Shown here: positions 53,189 through 63,378 of the stretch, piece after piece
Position numbering within the stretch: the stretch's first letter is position 1
How the letters are laid out: each line of letters starts with the position of its first letter
Sequence record: NC_048046.1
DNA: 64,000 nucleotides
Direction: 5' to 3' (one strand)
The notes under the pieces: generated by a model
Seen by the model: the letters and a program-made list of their open reading frames with translations, nothing else
Databases searched by the model: none
What the model was told of the DNA's origin: nothing
Translations under genes and position numbers: made by a program

Positions 53189-53884
53189 ATGGCAATCTCG
53201 ATCAACGAAATCGTCGACGCCCTCCAGAAGAAGATTCTGAGCGGCAAGACCAAGACCGGCAAGTCGACCGACAAGTTCCCCTCGAACGAGTCGATCTCCT
53301 CGCCGCTCGTGGTCTTTCCGGACAACATCTGGAAGGACGCCGGCAGCGTCCCGGCCTCGCCGCCGGCATCGACGACTTCGCTAGTCACGGTCTACGCGGG
53401 AGCCTCGCGCATCCGCATGACGGCCGACCCGACTTCGGCGCCGAATGAAACGTGGCTGGCGACGTCGACCTACAATACCCCGGCCTCGCGGCTGACGGAC
53501 TTCTTGGACACGAACTTCGGCACTGGCTACGCCGTTCGCGTCTTCATCGGCGACCCCAACGGGGGACCCGCCGCGCGTATTTTCCCCGACACTTCCGGGG
53601 AAGAATGGACCTTCGATTACGTGGCGGGCGTGCTGAACTTCCCGACCGCCGTACCGGGATCGAAGACTGCAACTGTAGGCTCCGGGACCGTCTCTGTGGC
53701 GGGCAACGGAATCTACATCGAAGTCTACCGCTACACCGGCGAAAAGGGCGTGGGTGGCGGTGGCGTTCAACCTGGGGACCTGGGGACCATGGCCACTCAG
53801 GACTCCGATGCGGTCGACATCACCGGGGGTGACATCGCCAACGTAACCTTCACCAACGTCACCATCGACGGTGGCACTTTCTAA
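53189..53884 (+). CDS. Virion structural protein (231 aa)
   Basis: Paralogue of the N-terminal domain of 50872; ends ...IDGGTF. Confidence 0.85.
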   Translation: MAISINEIVDALQKKILSGKTKTGKSTDKFPSNESISSPLVVFPDNIWKDAGSVPASPPASTTSLVTVYAGASRIRMTADPTSAPNETWLATSTYNTPASRLTDFLDTNFGTGYAVRVFIGDPNGGPAARIFPDTSGEEWTFDYVAGVLNFPTAVPGSKTATVGSGTVSVAGNGIYIEVYRYTGEKGVGGGGVQPGDLGTMATQDSDAVDITGGDIANVTFTNVTIDGGTF

Positions 53885-53896
53885 AGGGCAAAGCCG

Positions 53897-54319
53897 ATGG
53901 CTTCTATCGTCTACAACTCCATGCTCGACGATCTCGTCAAGGGCAACATCAACTTCGGGTCGGACGCGTTCAAGGTCATGCTGGTCACCTCCAGCTACAC
54001 CGCGAACAAGGACACCCACATGAAGCGGTCGGACACCACGGCCGGCGAAGTCACGGGCACCGGCTACACCGCCGGCGGCCAGACCACGACCGTGACCTGC
54101 ACCAAGGACACCGCGTTCGACCGTGAAGACCTCACGTTCTCGACCGTGACCTGGACGTCCGCAACGATCACCGCCAACGCGGCGATCATCTACAAGTCGC
54201 GCAACGGCGCGGCCTCGGCTGACGAACTCGTGGCCTACGTCGACTTCGGTCAGAACGTCTCGTCCACGAACGCAAACTTCGCGGTCAGCTTCTCCAGCCC
54301 GCTGCGCTTCCAGAACTAA
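53897..54319 (+). CDS. Small virion structural protein (140 aa)
   Basis: D.FKVML......EV.GTGYTAGG motif common in phage fibre/appendage modules. Confidence 0.8.
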   Translation: MASIVYNSMLDDLVKGNINFGSDAFKVMLVTSSYTANKDTHMKRSDTTAGEVTGTGYTAGGQTTTVTCTKDTAFDREDLTFSTVTWTSATITANAAIIYKSRNGAASADELVAYVDFGQNVSSTNANFAVSFSSPLRFQN

Positions 54320-54324
54320 TCGAG

Positions 54325-54353
54325 GAGTCACGTTTCCTTGTGAAACGTGACTC
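54325..54353. promoter_or_regulatory. Perfect palindrome GAGTCACGTTT-ccttgtg-AAACGTGACTC (7-bp spacer)
   Basis: Same family as 13015 and 41814; lies upstream of the giant fibre gene. Confidence 0.8.
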
Positions 54354-54406
54354 TTTCGTTTACTATGCCGGCTTTCCCGTAACGCTGATTAAAGCGCCCC
54401 TGACTC

Positions 54407-57400
54407 GTGTCTGATCTCCTCCTGAACACGCCTGTCTCCGTCGGTTACACCGGCGCGGCCGAGACGTATATCGTCAAGGCGGCAGGCATTGTGCAGGTTC
54501 ACATGTGGGGCGGCGCCGGCGCGGGCGGCTACTACTCGGGCGGCTCGGGCAACGCCAATCGTTATGGTGGGTCAGGAGGCTACGCCACGGTCCGCTTTAT
54601 GGCGGAAGAGGATGACATCCTCACGCTCGAAGTTGGTCAGGGCGGGCAGGTTGCTACGGGTTCTGGCTCGACCGCGACGAACGGCGGCAACGGCGGTTGG
54701 CCTGATGGTGGATACGGCGGTAAGTCTTCCGCGAATCCGGGCATCGGGTTTGGCGGCGGCGGCGGTTCGTCGCGCCTTTACAAGAACGGCGAACTGGTCG
54801 CGGTTGCCGGCGCCGGCGGCGGCGCCACGGGGTTCTACTACGGCGGTAACGGTGGCGGTGTTAATGGTCTCTCGACGCTCGAAGCGTCCGCAGGGGCCGG
54901 CGGCACGCAGACGGCAGGTGGCGCGACTGGTACTGGCGTTGCCGCCATGGCTGGCGGCTATTTCTCGGGCGGCAAGGGCAGTGCGGCACAAGGCACGGCC
55001 GCCGGCACGGCGGGTTCCGGTGCCGGAGGAGGTTACTACGGCGGCGGCTCTAACAGCGTAGCAACTAACGGCGCGCACGGATCGGGGGGCGGCGGCTCCG
55101 GCTATATCAATGCCACCGCTCTAGTCTACCACGGTTACCTGCGAAATGGCCCGCTCAATACGGGCCAGCCCTTCGATGTGCCTGGCATTCGTGCTGCGGG
55201 CGTCGCCGAAGGCGGTAACGGCCCGACGGCTGCTAGTAGCTGGGGATCGATCACGCCCGGCGGCAACGGTCAGATTTACATGACCTTGACGGACCCGGTC
55301 GATTTGGCTGGAGCCTTCCCGCTCACGGGCACGACGACCTACAGCTATACGGGTTCGCGTCAAGCCCTCATCGTCGACCAGCTTTCCTCGGTTGATTTCG
55401 AGATGTGGGGCGGCGGTGGCGGCGGTGGCTTTTATTCTCCGTCGGGCGGCGTTGCCGGCACCAAGGGAGGTGCTGGAGGCTACACCAAGTTCACGCGCAT
55501 TCTCTATCCGGGCGACTTCGTAGAGATTGAAGTCGCTCAAGGCGGCCAAAATCCGTCGGGCGTGAGCCAGACTGGTGGCGCGGGCGGCTGGCCGAATGGT
55601 GGTGATGGTGGGCGCTGTACCAATGGCACGCCGAACTTCGGCGGCGGCGGCGGCTCGTCCAACATCTATATCAACGGGCGCTTGGTGGCTGTTGCCTCGG
55701 GCGGCGGCGGCGGAACGGGTTTCTACCACGGGGGCAACGGTGGCGGACGTTATGGCCTGACCGACGCTGGTGCTGCTGCATCGGGATCGGGCGGCACCTG
55801 GGGCGGCGTCGCCGCAGGTCTAAATCGCGGCTATTACCTGATGGGCGGCCATGGTTCGCCCATCGAGTCTACCACGATCGCGAATGCTTCGTCGGGTGCA
55901 GGCGGAGGTGGTGGGTACTACGGCGGCGGCGGCGCACGCGGCGGCGCGAACACGCACGGCGCAGGCGGCGGCGGCTGCGGCTACATCAATGGCGACAACA
56001 CCTACAACCGCGACATGCAAGCTGGCGTGGCGCAGTCGGGTAATCCGTATAACACCGCTAATCGTCCGGCCGGTGTGGGTGTTGGTGGCAATAACGGTAG
56101 CTCGAACGCGACGTCTACGCCCGGCGGCGACGGCGCAGTCGTGGTCACGGTTTCGGCCATCACGCCCGATCCTCTTCCGGAAGACAAGACCGCGCTGAGC
56201 TTCACGGGCGCGCCGGTCCACTACATCGCCAGCAACTACGGCGCGATGCTCGTCAAGGCCTGGGCAGGCGGCGGCGCGGGCAGTGTGCGTGCGTCGGGTA
56301 CGCCCCCTCGCGGCGGCGGCGGCGGCTTTGCGCGCATTGACACGGTCAAGATCAAGCCCGGCGACATCATCACGTTTGTCGTGGCCGAGGGCGGCAAGTG
56401 CATGCCCGGCGGCACCCTGGGCGGGCGCGGCGGCTTCCCGAACGGTGAAGGCGGTAATGCGGCCGACGCGACGGGCGGCAGCGGCGGTGGCGGTGGCTCG
56501 TCGCACGTCTACATTAACGGCAAGCTCATCCTGGTCGCGGGCGGCGGCGGCGGCGGCTCGATTTCGTTCACCGGTGTCTCCGGCGGCCAGCCCTCGTACC
56601 CCGGCAGTGGCAACAACTTCGAAACGCACGGCTCCAGCCTCAATCAAGGCGGCTGGGCGCCTCAGCGTGGCGCCGAGGGCAACAACCGCCCAACCTACAT
56701 GCTAGGCGGCATGGGTCAGATCGACGGCAATCCAACGATCGACACGCCCAACAATCTGTGCGGCGGCGGCGGTGGCGGCGGCTACTTTGGTGGCGCTGGC
56801 TCGGTTCCGTTGAACTCACGCTACTACGGCGGGAACGCCGGCACCACGTACATTCATCCCGACTACATCGGTGCGATGATCGTCGCGACCGCGACGGGCT
56901 CGAACACGTCTGATCCTGATTGGGTCACGGGCGTCAGCGTTAGCGGCGTGGGCTCCTCGACGTCGGGTGGCACGACCAATAACGGTGGTCACGGCCGTAT
57001 CGTCTTCGATTTCGATATCCTGCCGACCCTGGATGAAAGCGCGATCACGGCCGTGCCCGTGCTAAGCACTGTCCAGACCTATGTCGCAGGTAACGACGGC
57101 GACCTCGTCCTAGATGCCTGGGGTGGAGGTGGCGGCGGCTCGGTCGTGCCGACGGGTGGAGGCGAGCGCGGCGGTGGCGGCGGCTATGCGACTGGCACCG
57201 TGACGGTCAAGAAGGGTCAAATCGTCAAGTTCTATAACGGACGAGGCGGCGGCGGCGGCAACTACACGAGCGGCGCATCGGGTGCGATGGTCGGCTCTGG
57301 CGGCCTGGGCGGCTGGCCCGATGGGGGGAACGGCGGTTTTGCGAACGTCTGCATCAGTGGTGCGGGCGGTGGTTCGTCTCGGATTTATGTTGACGACGTC

Positions 57401-60400
57401 CTGATGATGGTCGCGGGCGGCGGTGGCGGGGTCAGTTTTGGGTCGACTACGACCACGCCGGGCGGTGGCGGCGGCACTCTCGGGGGTAATTCCGACACGG
57501 GAGGCGGTCTGAACAACGGCGGCTCGCAGTCCCTCGGTGGGCGCAACTCGAACCGTACGACGGACACGGTAACGTCTGGGAATCTCTTCAAGGGCGGTCA
57601 CGGTTATATTTCGGGCGGCGCGATCAACACGCATAGCATTTCGTCCGGCGGCGGCGGCGGCGGCGGCTTCTTTGGTGGTGCCGGTTCAGGTGGCCCTAAT
57701 AATTCGGCCTATCTTGGCGGTGCAGGTGGCTCGGGCTTCATCGCCGACGGCTACGGCGTCACGCCTGACGATCCGTATCGCATGCAGGTCGGTCTCCAGG
57801 TAAGCTTCGACACGGGCTCGTTCATTGATGATGGACGGACGGGTGAACCGACTCTGCTAGACACTGCGCCCACTCTGACCGCCACCGGTGTGAAGTACGG
57901 CACGGCCTGCGGGAACTTCCCCGGCACGGGCCACGTGACCTACAACGTCCCTGCGATCGGCACGCAGGACTTCACCCTTGAGGGTTGGTTCAATCCGACT
58001 TCGCTGGCGACCGGGGTCATGATGATCCTGGGGAACAACAGCATCGGCGGGCTGTCGCTGCACTACTATCCCTCGGCTACGGTCCTGGGCCTGCGTTACA
58101 ACAACACCGCCGGCGATGGCTCGGCCGACTACAAGTACACCGACACCACGCGTGCCGCCGGCGTTTGGGCGCACTATGCGATCTGCCGCGATGTCAATGG
58201 TACGCGCGTCTATAAGGATGGACAACTCGTCACGAATGTGACTGGCGTCGCCATCACGAACATGACGGCGACGACTCTTACGCTCGCCAACTACAACGCG
58301 GGCACGGGCGCATCCACGCGCTTCAACGGTAAGATCGATGAAGTCCGCCTTACGGTGGGCGTGGCGCGCTATAAGCAGAATTTCAAGCCTGCTCAGTTCC
58401 TTAACAAGTATTCGCAAATCCCCACGCTAGCGTCCCTGACCCAGGGCACGAATGGCGTCACCGGTCAACCTGCGGGCACCGGCGTCACGGGTTATCAGTC
58501 CGGCCGAGGCGTGGGTGGTCAGGCGAAGCAAGCACTGTCCTCCGGTAACAACGGCGGCGACGGTCAGATCAATTACTTCATGCAGACGTCCACGGTCGCG
58601 GCGTCTGGACCTATCGGCACGATTACTGTGTCGCCTATCACGGACGTCGTGGCGGGCGCGACTTATGACTTGCCGATCCCTGGTCAGAAGATTATCGAAA
58701 GCTACAACGGCGCGCGCACGAATTACCTTGCAAACGCACCGGGTGTGACGCGTCTGCTCGTCGAAATGTGGGGCGCGGGTGGCGGTGGCTGCTCGGCTAA
58801 CAATAGTCTGACGACGAACGGCGGCGGGGGCGCCGGCTACACCTCGTACGAATTCGATCTCAATCAAGGTGATCGCATCACCGTTCAGACGCCGTCCGGC
58901 GGCGGTGGCGCGGTTGACGCCAACGGCTCTAACCCAGGCGGCGCCGGTGGCTATCCCAACGGCGGTAAGGGTTACCGGCCTGCGACGACCACCTTCAACG
59001 GCGGTGGCGGCGGCTCGGCGCAACTTTGGGTGCGAGGCGCACTGGCCGCTGTTGCGGGCGGCGGTGGCGGCGGCTCTTACGGCAGCGTATCGTCGGATTA
59101 TCGGGGCGGCGCGGGTGGCGGTGCCTCAGGCGAAAATGCGTTCAATGATGCGAATGGCGGCGGCACGCAGACTACGGGCGGTTTCGGTTCTGGTAACGGT
59201 CTGTCGGGCAGCTTCCTGCAAGGCGGCCGTGGCGGCACGACTGAAGGTGTCGCTGGCAACGGGTCCGGCGGCGGCGGCGGTTATTATGGTGGCGGCGGCG
59301 GCGGACCGGGCTTTGGCGGGAGCGGTGGCGGCGCCGGCTCGGGCTACGTCAATACGACCATTGTTGGCTTCCGGGTCGGCTCGACCACCAGCGGTTCGGG
59401 CAACCAACCTGCCGGCAAGTCTTCGCCCAACTATGTGTCGCCAATCGGTGTCGGCTCGAATGGTAAGGGGGGTTCGCAGCTTCACGGCGGCAACGGCCGC
59501 ATCGTCATCACGAACATCACGCCCACGCCGGCCGCCACGTCTGGTGATCTAGGCCCGGACATCACGGTCACGCCGATCACGACGCTAGGCTTCCAGATCG
59601 GTTTGCCGGTCTCAAAGCCCATTGCTACGGTGACGGTGGAGCCTCCGGTCGGATACTACGGCTTCCCCGGCTTCCCGACGATGCAGCCGTTTGATCACCC
59701 GATCACGATGCTGCCGGTCGAGTCGAACCCGACCAGCAACGCGCTGGTCATCGTGCCGATTAACGACAGCGTATCGATCCCGCTGTCGCCGCCTCTGATC
59801 GCGCCTTTCTTTGTGCCCGGCGAAGGCACGGGCGATCTGGGACCGGACATCACCATCACCGCGCCCGACGGCTCGGTGCCGAACTCGGCTACGGGTGACC
59901 TGGGCACGGCTGTCACGCTGACGGCTCCTGAAGCGACCACCGAAGTCATCCCGCCGGTCGAGACCTCGGGCGACATCGGCACGATCACGATCGAGCCGTT
60001 GCTGGGTGAAGGCTCGATCAATTACAACGGCTACGCAGGCGGTGACATCGGCACGGTGACGCTCACGTCGCCGGAAGGTTCGGCTGATCCAGGCAGCCCG
60101 CACGTCATCGTCGACATGCCGCCTGCGATGCTCGTCACGCCGCCGGCCGCGCTGCTGTCGGTGCCTTCAACTGCGTCGGGCGATCTGGGTCCAGATATCG
60201 TTCTGACTGCGCCCGACGCGTTCACGGGCATCGAAGGCAACCCGCAGGCCGTCGCGTTTTCGCCTATTCAGGTGCTGACGCCGCTCGTCTCGGTTAACGC
60301 AAGCACCGGTGATGACGTCCAGGTGTTTACGGACCCTGGACTAATCTACGTGCGCCCTCCGCTCGCGGATGGCCTGGAGATCACCGAGGACAATTACATC

Positions 60401-62704
60401 GACGGCCTGCCGTCGCCGCTGGTTCTCACGTTCAGCGCGCCGGAAGGTTCTGCGCGCGGGGATGTGGAGGCTGGCGATTTCCTGCCCACGATCACCGTGT
60501 CGGCTCCGGAACCGTTTGTTGAAGTTGCGGCTGAAGTTGTCGGCTACACTGGCGACTTCATCATCCTGACCCTGCCGCCGCAGCCGGTCTATGATTCGGC
60601 AGCGAACCTCTCGGTGGCGATGCCGCCGGCCGTCGTGATCAATGGCGCGGACGGTGATCCGTCGTTCGACATCACGCTGCCGCTGCCCGGCCCGATTACG
60701 CTGTCTAATCCGGAGGGCGCCGCGCAAGGCGGTTACGGCGCGCAACTGCCGCCGCCGATCGTCATCACGCAGCCGGAGGTCGCGATCTTCGGCAACGCGT
60801 CCGGTTCGCCCGGTACGGTCCAGGTGATCCCGCCTGTCTCGTTCGTGGAGACGCCGGCGTTTGCTACGGGCGGCCTGCTGTCCATCACGCTTTCTCCTCC
60901 TGTGGGCAATGCGCTGGGCGGTGTGGCTGCGGGTGCTTCTGGCAGCCTGCCGACGATCTCGTTGGTCTCGCCGGAAGGCGGTAACGTCGCTGAAGCGGCG
61001 GTCAATGCCAACCTGCCCTCGATCTTCCTGAACGCGCCGGTTCCGTTGCCTCAGGCGAGCGTGAATATCGCGGGACCGAGTAACACGATCAACGTCTTGG
61101 CTCCGGCTGGTACGGCTCGCGTCTCGACGTCGACGTCGGGCGATGTGGGCGTCATCACCGTTGTGGCGCCTGAGGGCATCGGCTACCTCTACGAAGAGGG
61201 CTTTGCCTCGGGCGACGTGGGCACCATCACGGTCACGCCGCCGGCGTCTGCCGTGACGGCTGCTGCGGACAAGGACGCGGCCCTGCCGACCGTCATCGTT
61301 ACGCCGCCTGACGCTCTGCCGATCGTTCCTGGCGCGCCAAGCGGTGACGTCGGCACCATCGTCGTGACTTCGCCGGAAGGTATGGGCTTCCCGGATACCG
61401 TCACCGGCACGGGCGATATCGGTACGGTCGTCGTCACGACGGTCGATGGCACGGGTATGGTCCCCGCTGCGGTCGCCGGTACGATGCCGGCGGCCTTCGT
61501 GGTCACGCCGCCCGAAATCTCTCGCGTCAACGTGTCGGGCAACATCGGTCAGATCACGCTTACGGCGCCGACCGCGTCGCTGACGGGTGAAGTCAATCTG
61601 TCGCGTCCGATCAATGTGACGATCAGCCTGACGGCTCCTGACGGGCTGGGTTATCCTGTGATCCCCGGTGACGCCGAAGGCGATCTGGGTCCGGCTATCT
61701 ACGTCACCGCCAGCGATGGTTCGGCGCACGGCGACTACAACATGATCGTTCCGCTGTCGACGATCCCGGTGAGCGCGCCGGAATCGACCGCGACGGGCGA
61801 TGCTGAAGCTGTGCAGCAGGGCGAACTGCCGATCGTGGTCAGCCCGCCTGCGGGTGAATACTACCGGGAGGCTTCGGTCATCCTGGGCCTGTCGACAATC
61901 TACATCTTTGCGCCGAACGCTACGGTCGACGCCGACGACAAGACGGCTGCCGTCACGCCGGAACTGCCGGTCATCTACGTTGAAGGCGTGGATGGCTTTG
62001 CCGAGGTGCCTGTCGTGGACGGCACGGCTCGCATTCAGTTCCGTCGCTCGATGACGCCTGGAGCCGTCCCGGCTTCGCTGGAGACGCGCGAGATCGCCTT
62101 TAACGAGGTGGACGGGATCATGTACTCGCGTGACGGTTCGGGCAGCCTGCGTCCGACGCCGTGGGGCACGCTGCGCCGTGAGAGCATCCCGGCGACGATT
62201 GGCGCGGCCGGACAGACCTATCGCGCGGACGGTGCCTGGGCTGCGCCGCAGCCGGTCTACGACCTGTTCGTCCAGGGCGTCCCCGCCTCTGGCGTCCGTG
62301 TTGCGCTGGGCGAGACTTTCGTGGGCAAGTCGACGCGGACGCCGGAATCTGGCCTGCCGTATTACAGTCCGTTCTTCGTACCGCGCACCGTCGACATCGC
62401 GAGCCTGTCGGTCGATATCCAGGCGGCTGACATGGGCGTCGCCCAGGTCGCGATCTGGACCATGGATACGGATCGCGTCTTGGGTCAAGCCTTGGTCTCG
62501 GCCTTTGTCCCGACCACCGCCTCGGGCGTGCAGACGGCGGCGTCGACCTCGGTCGTGTTGCAGCCGGGTTGGTACGCCGCCTCGCTGATCTACATCGGTC
62601 TGGGCGCACCGGTCTTCAACGTCATGGAAGGTCCAGCACAGATCGCTACCGACTTCACCACGCAACAGGGAACGCCGGCCTTCGTGTTGGCGAACCTCCA
62701 ATGA
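54407..62704 (+). CDS. Giant fibre/adhesin (2765 aa): five glycine-rich domains, a LamG/ConA-like lectin domain, a Pro/Thr-rich repeat stalk and a C-terminal fibre motif
   Basis: Five repeats begin (M/A)W(G/A)(G/A)GG.G. LamG signature DFTLEGWF...WAHYAI.R...RVY.DG...FNG.IDEVR.T.GVARY. Many SGD.GTITVT.PEG repeats. Confidence 0.85.
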   Translation: MSDLLLNTPVSVGYTGAAETYIVKAAGIVQVHMWGGAGAGGYYSGGSGNANRYGGSGGYATVRFMAEEDDILTLEVGQGGQVATGSGSTATNGGNGGWPDGGYGGKSSANPGIGFGGGGGSSRLYKNGELVAVAGAGGGATGFYYGGNGGGVNGLSTLEASAGAGGTQTAGGATGTGVAAMAGGYFSGGKGSAAQGTAAGTAGSGAGGGYYGGGSNSVATNGAHGSGGGGSGYINATALVYHGYLRNGPLNTGQPFDVPGIRAAGVAEGGNGPTAASSWGSITPGGNGQIYMTLTDPVDLAGAFPLTGTTTYSYTGSRQALIVDQLSSVDFEMWGGGGGGGFYSPSGGVAGTKGGAGGYTKFTRILYPGDFVEIEVAQGGQNPSGVSQTGGAGGWPNGGDGGRCTNGTPNFGGGGGSSNIYINGRLVAVASGGGGGTGFYHGGNGGGRYGLTDAGAAASGSGGTWGGVAAGLNRGYYLMGGHGSPIESTTIANASSGAGGGGGYYGGGGARGGANTHGAGGGGCGYINGDNTYNRDMQAGVAQSGNPYNTANRPAGVGVGGNNGSSNATSTPGGDGAVVVTVSAITPDPLPEDKTALSFTGAPVHYIASNYGAMLVKAWAGGGAGSVRASGTPPRGGGGGFARIDTVKIKPGDIITFVVAEGGKCMPGGTLGGRGGFPNGEGGNAADATGGSGGGGGSSHVYINGKLILVAGGGGGGSISFTGVSGGQPSYPGSGNNFETHGSSLNQGGWAPQRGAEGNNRPTYMLGGMGQIDGNPTIDTPNNLCGGGGGGGYFGGAGSVPLNSRYYGGNAGTTYIHPDYIGAMIVATATGSNTSDPDWVTGVSVSGVGSSTSGGTTNNGGHGRIVFDFDILPTLDESAITAVPVLSTVQTYVAGNDGDLVLDAWGGGGGGSVVPTGGGERGGGGGYATGTVTVKKGQIVKFYNGRGGGGGNYTSGASGAMVGSGGLGGWPDGGNGGFANVCISGAGGGSSRIYVDDVLMMVAGGGGGVSFGSTTTTPGGGGGTLGGNSDTGGGLNNGGSQSLGGRNSNRTTDTVTSGNLFKGGHGYISGGAINTHSISSGGGGGGGFFGGAGSGGPNNSAYLGGAGGSGFIADGYGVTPDDPYRMQVGLQVSFDTGSFIDDGRTGEPTLLDTAPTLTATGVKYGTACGNFPGTGHVTYNVPAIGTQDFTLEGWFNPTSLATGVMMILGNNSIGGLSLHYYPSATVLGLRYNNTAGDGSADYKYTDTTRAAGVWAHYAICRDVNGTRVYKDGQLVTNVTGVAITNMTATTLTLANYNAGTGASTRFNGKIDEVRLTVGVARYKQNFKPAQFLNKYSQIPTLASLTQGTNGVTGQPAGTGVTGYQSGRGVGGQAKQALSSGNNGGDGQINYFMQTSTVAASGPIGTITVSPITDVVAGATYDLPIPGQKIIESYNGARTNYLANAPGVTRLLVEMWGAGGGGCSANNSLTTNGGGGAGYTSYEFDLNQGDRITVQTPSGGGGAVDANGSNPGGAGGYPNGGKGYRPATTTFNGGGGGSAQLWVRGALAAVAGGGGGGSYGSVSSDYRGGAGGGASGENAFNDANGGGTQTTGGFGSGNGLSGSFLQGGRGGTTEGVAGNGSGGGGGYYGGGGGGPGFGGSGGGAGSGYVNTTIVGFRVGSTTSGSGNQPAGKSSPNYVSPIGVGSNGKGGSQLHGGNGRIVITNITPTPAATSGDLGPDITVTPITTLGFQIGLPVSKPIATVTVEPPVGYYGFPGFPTMQPFDHPITMLPVESNPTSNALVIVPINDSVSIPLSPPLIAPFFVPGEGTGDLGPDITITAPDGSVPNSATGDLGTAVTLTAPEATTEVIPPVETSGDIGTITIEPLLGEGSINYNGYAGGDIGTVTLTSPEGSADPGSPHVIVDMPPAMLVTPPAALLSVPSTASGDLGPDIVLTAPDAFTGIEGNPQAVAFSPIQVLTPLVSVNASTGDDVQVFTDPGLIYVRPPLADGLEITEDNYIDGLPSPLVLTFSAPEGSARGDVEAGDFLPTITVSAPEPFVEVAAEVVGYTGDFIILTLPPQPVYDSAANLSVAMPPAVVINGADGDPSFDITLPLPGPITLSNPEGAAQGGYGAQLPPPIVITQPEVAIFGNASGSPGTVQVIPPVSFVETPAFATGGLLSITLSPPVGNALGGVAAGASGSLPTISLVSPEGGNVAEAAVNANLPSIFLNAPVPLPQASVNIAGPSNTINVLAPAGTARVSTSTSGDVGVITVVAPEGIGYLYEEGFASGDVGTITVTPPASAVTAAADKDAALPTVIVTPPDALPIVPGAPSGDVGTIVVTSPEGMGFPDTVTGTGDIGTVVVTTVDGTGMVPAAVAGTMPAAFVVTPPEISRVNVSGNIGQITLTAPTASLTGEVNLSRPINVTISLTAPDGLGYPVIPGDAEGDLGPAIYVTASDGSAHGDYNMIVPLSTIPVSAPESTATGDAEAVQQGELPIVVSPPAGEYYREASVILGLSTIYIFAPNATVDADDKTAAVTPELPVIYVEGVDGFAEVPVVDGTARIQFRRSMTPGAVPASLETREIAFNEVDGIMYSRDGSGSLRPTPWGTLRRESIPATIGAAGQTYRADGAWAAPQPVYDLFVQGVPASGVRVALGETFVGKSTRTPESGLPYYSPFFVPRTVDIASLSVDIQAADMGVAQVAIWTMDTDRVLGQALVSAFVPTTASGVQTAASTSVVLQPGWYAASLIYIGLGAPVFNVMEGPAQIATDFTTQQGTPAFVLANLQ

Positions 62705-63378
62705 CCGATGTAACCACGCCCAACACCATCTTCGCCAAGGCTCTGAAGATCAATGGCGGCACGGGCGCGCCCGCGTCCCTGGACGAAGGCGAACTCTACA
62801 TCGACGAGCAGGGCCGCAAGCTGTACGTCCAGACGGATGCAGGTTTGAATGCGACGCCTCTGGATGTGATGGGTTTCCCGTCGACGATCGGCGTGGACCC
62901 CAGCTACGTGCTGGTCAAGGCGGATGCTGGTTCGGAATGGCGTGAACTGAGCGCCGGCGGCGGCGGGTTCGTGCCTGATGACGAGCCCTGGCATATCCCA
63001 GGGCTTGCGCCGGCTTCGGTAGGAAGCCTCAGCTTCCCGGCCGCGTCCGGGCAGAAGAGCCTCATGCGCCTGGGTAAGGCGGGCCTGCTCGTAGGCACGC
63101 GCGTGCGCGCCACCTTCGGGACGGGGTCGCTTGCGATGTCGATCTACGAGTACGACGGCGCCTTGGGTACGCAGGCCTACACGCACACGTACGCGATCGC
63201 GGGCGCGGGCGTCTACACGTTCGCTCCCAACTTCCCGTTCGACGCCGGCGAGTACGCGATCGTCTTCACCTGCCTGTCTTCGGTCATCGTGGAGGCGGTG
63301 GAGGGCTATACGGTCTGGAGCGACGCGCTTCAATCGCACCCGGTCTCGCTTCAGGTGAACTATGTCGATTCAGAATAA
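62701..63378 (+). CDS. Fibre-associated protein (225 aa)
   Basis: ATGA overlap; P.SL.EGELY.D....KLY motif. Confidence 0.8.
   Translation: MTDVTTPNTIFAKALKINGGTGAPASLDEGELYIDEQGRKLYVQTDAGLNATPLDVMGFPSTIGVDPSYVLVKADAGSEWRELSAGGGGFVPDDEPWHIPGLAPASVGSLSFPAASGQKSLMRLGKAGLLVGTRVRATFGTGSLAMSIYEYDGALGTQAYTHTYAIAGAGVYTFAPNFPFDAGEYAIVFTCLSSVIVEAVEGYTVWSDALQSHPVSLQVNYVDSE

Noticed and set aside
43999-62704. Diversity-generating retroelement acting on fibre tips
   Set aside because: No reverse transcriptase and no TR/VR pair differing only at adenines. The repeats are ordinary domain duplications.
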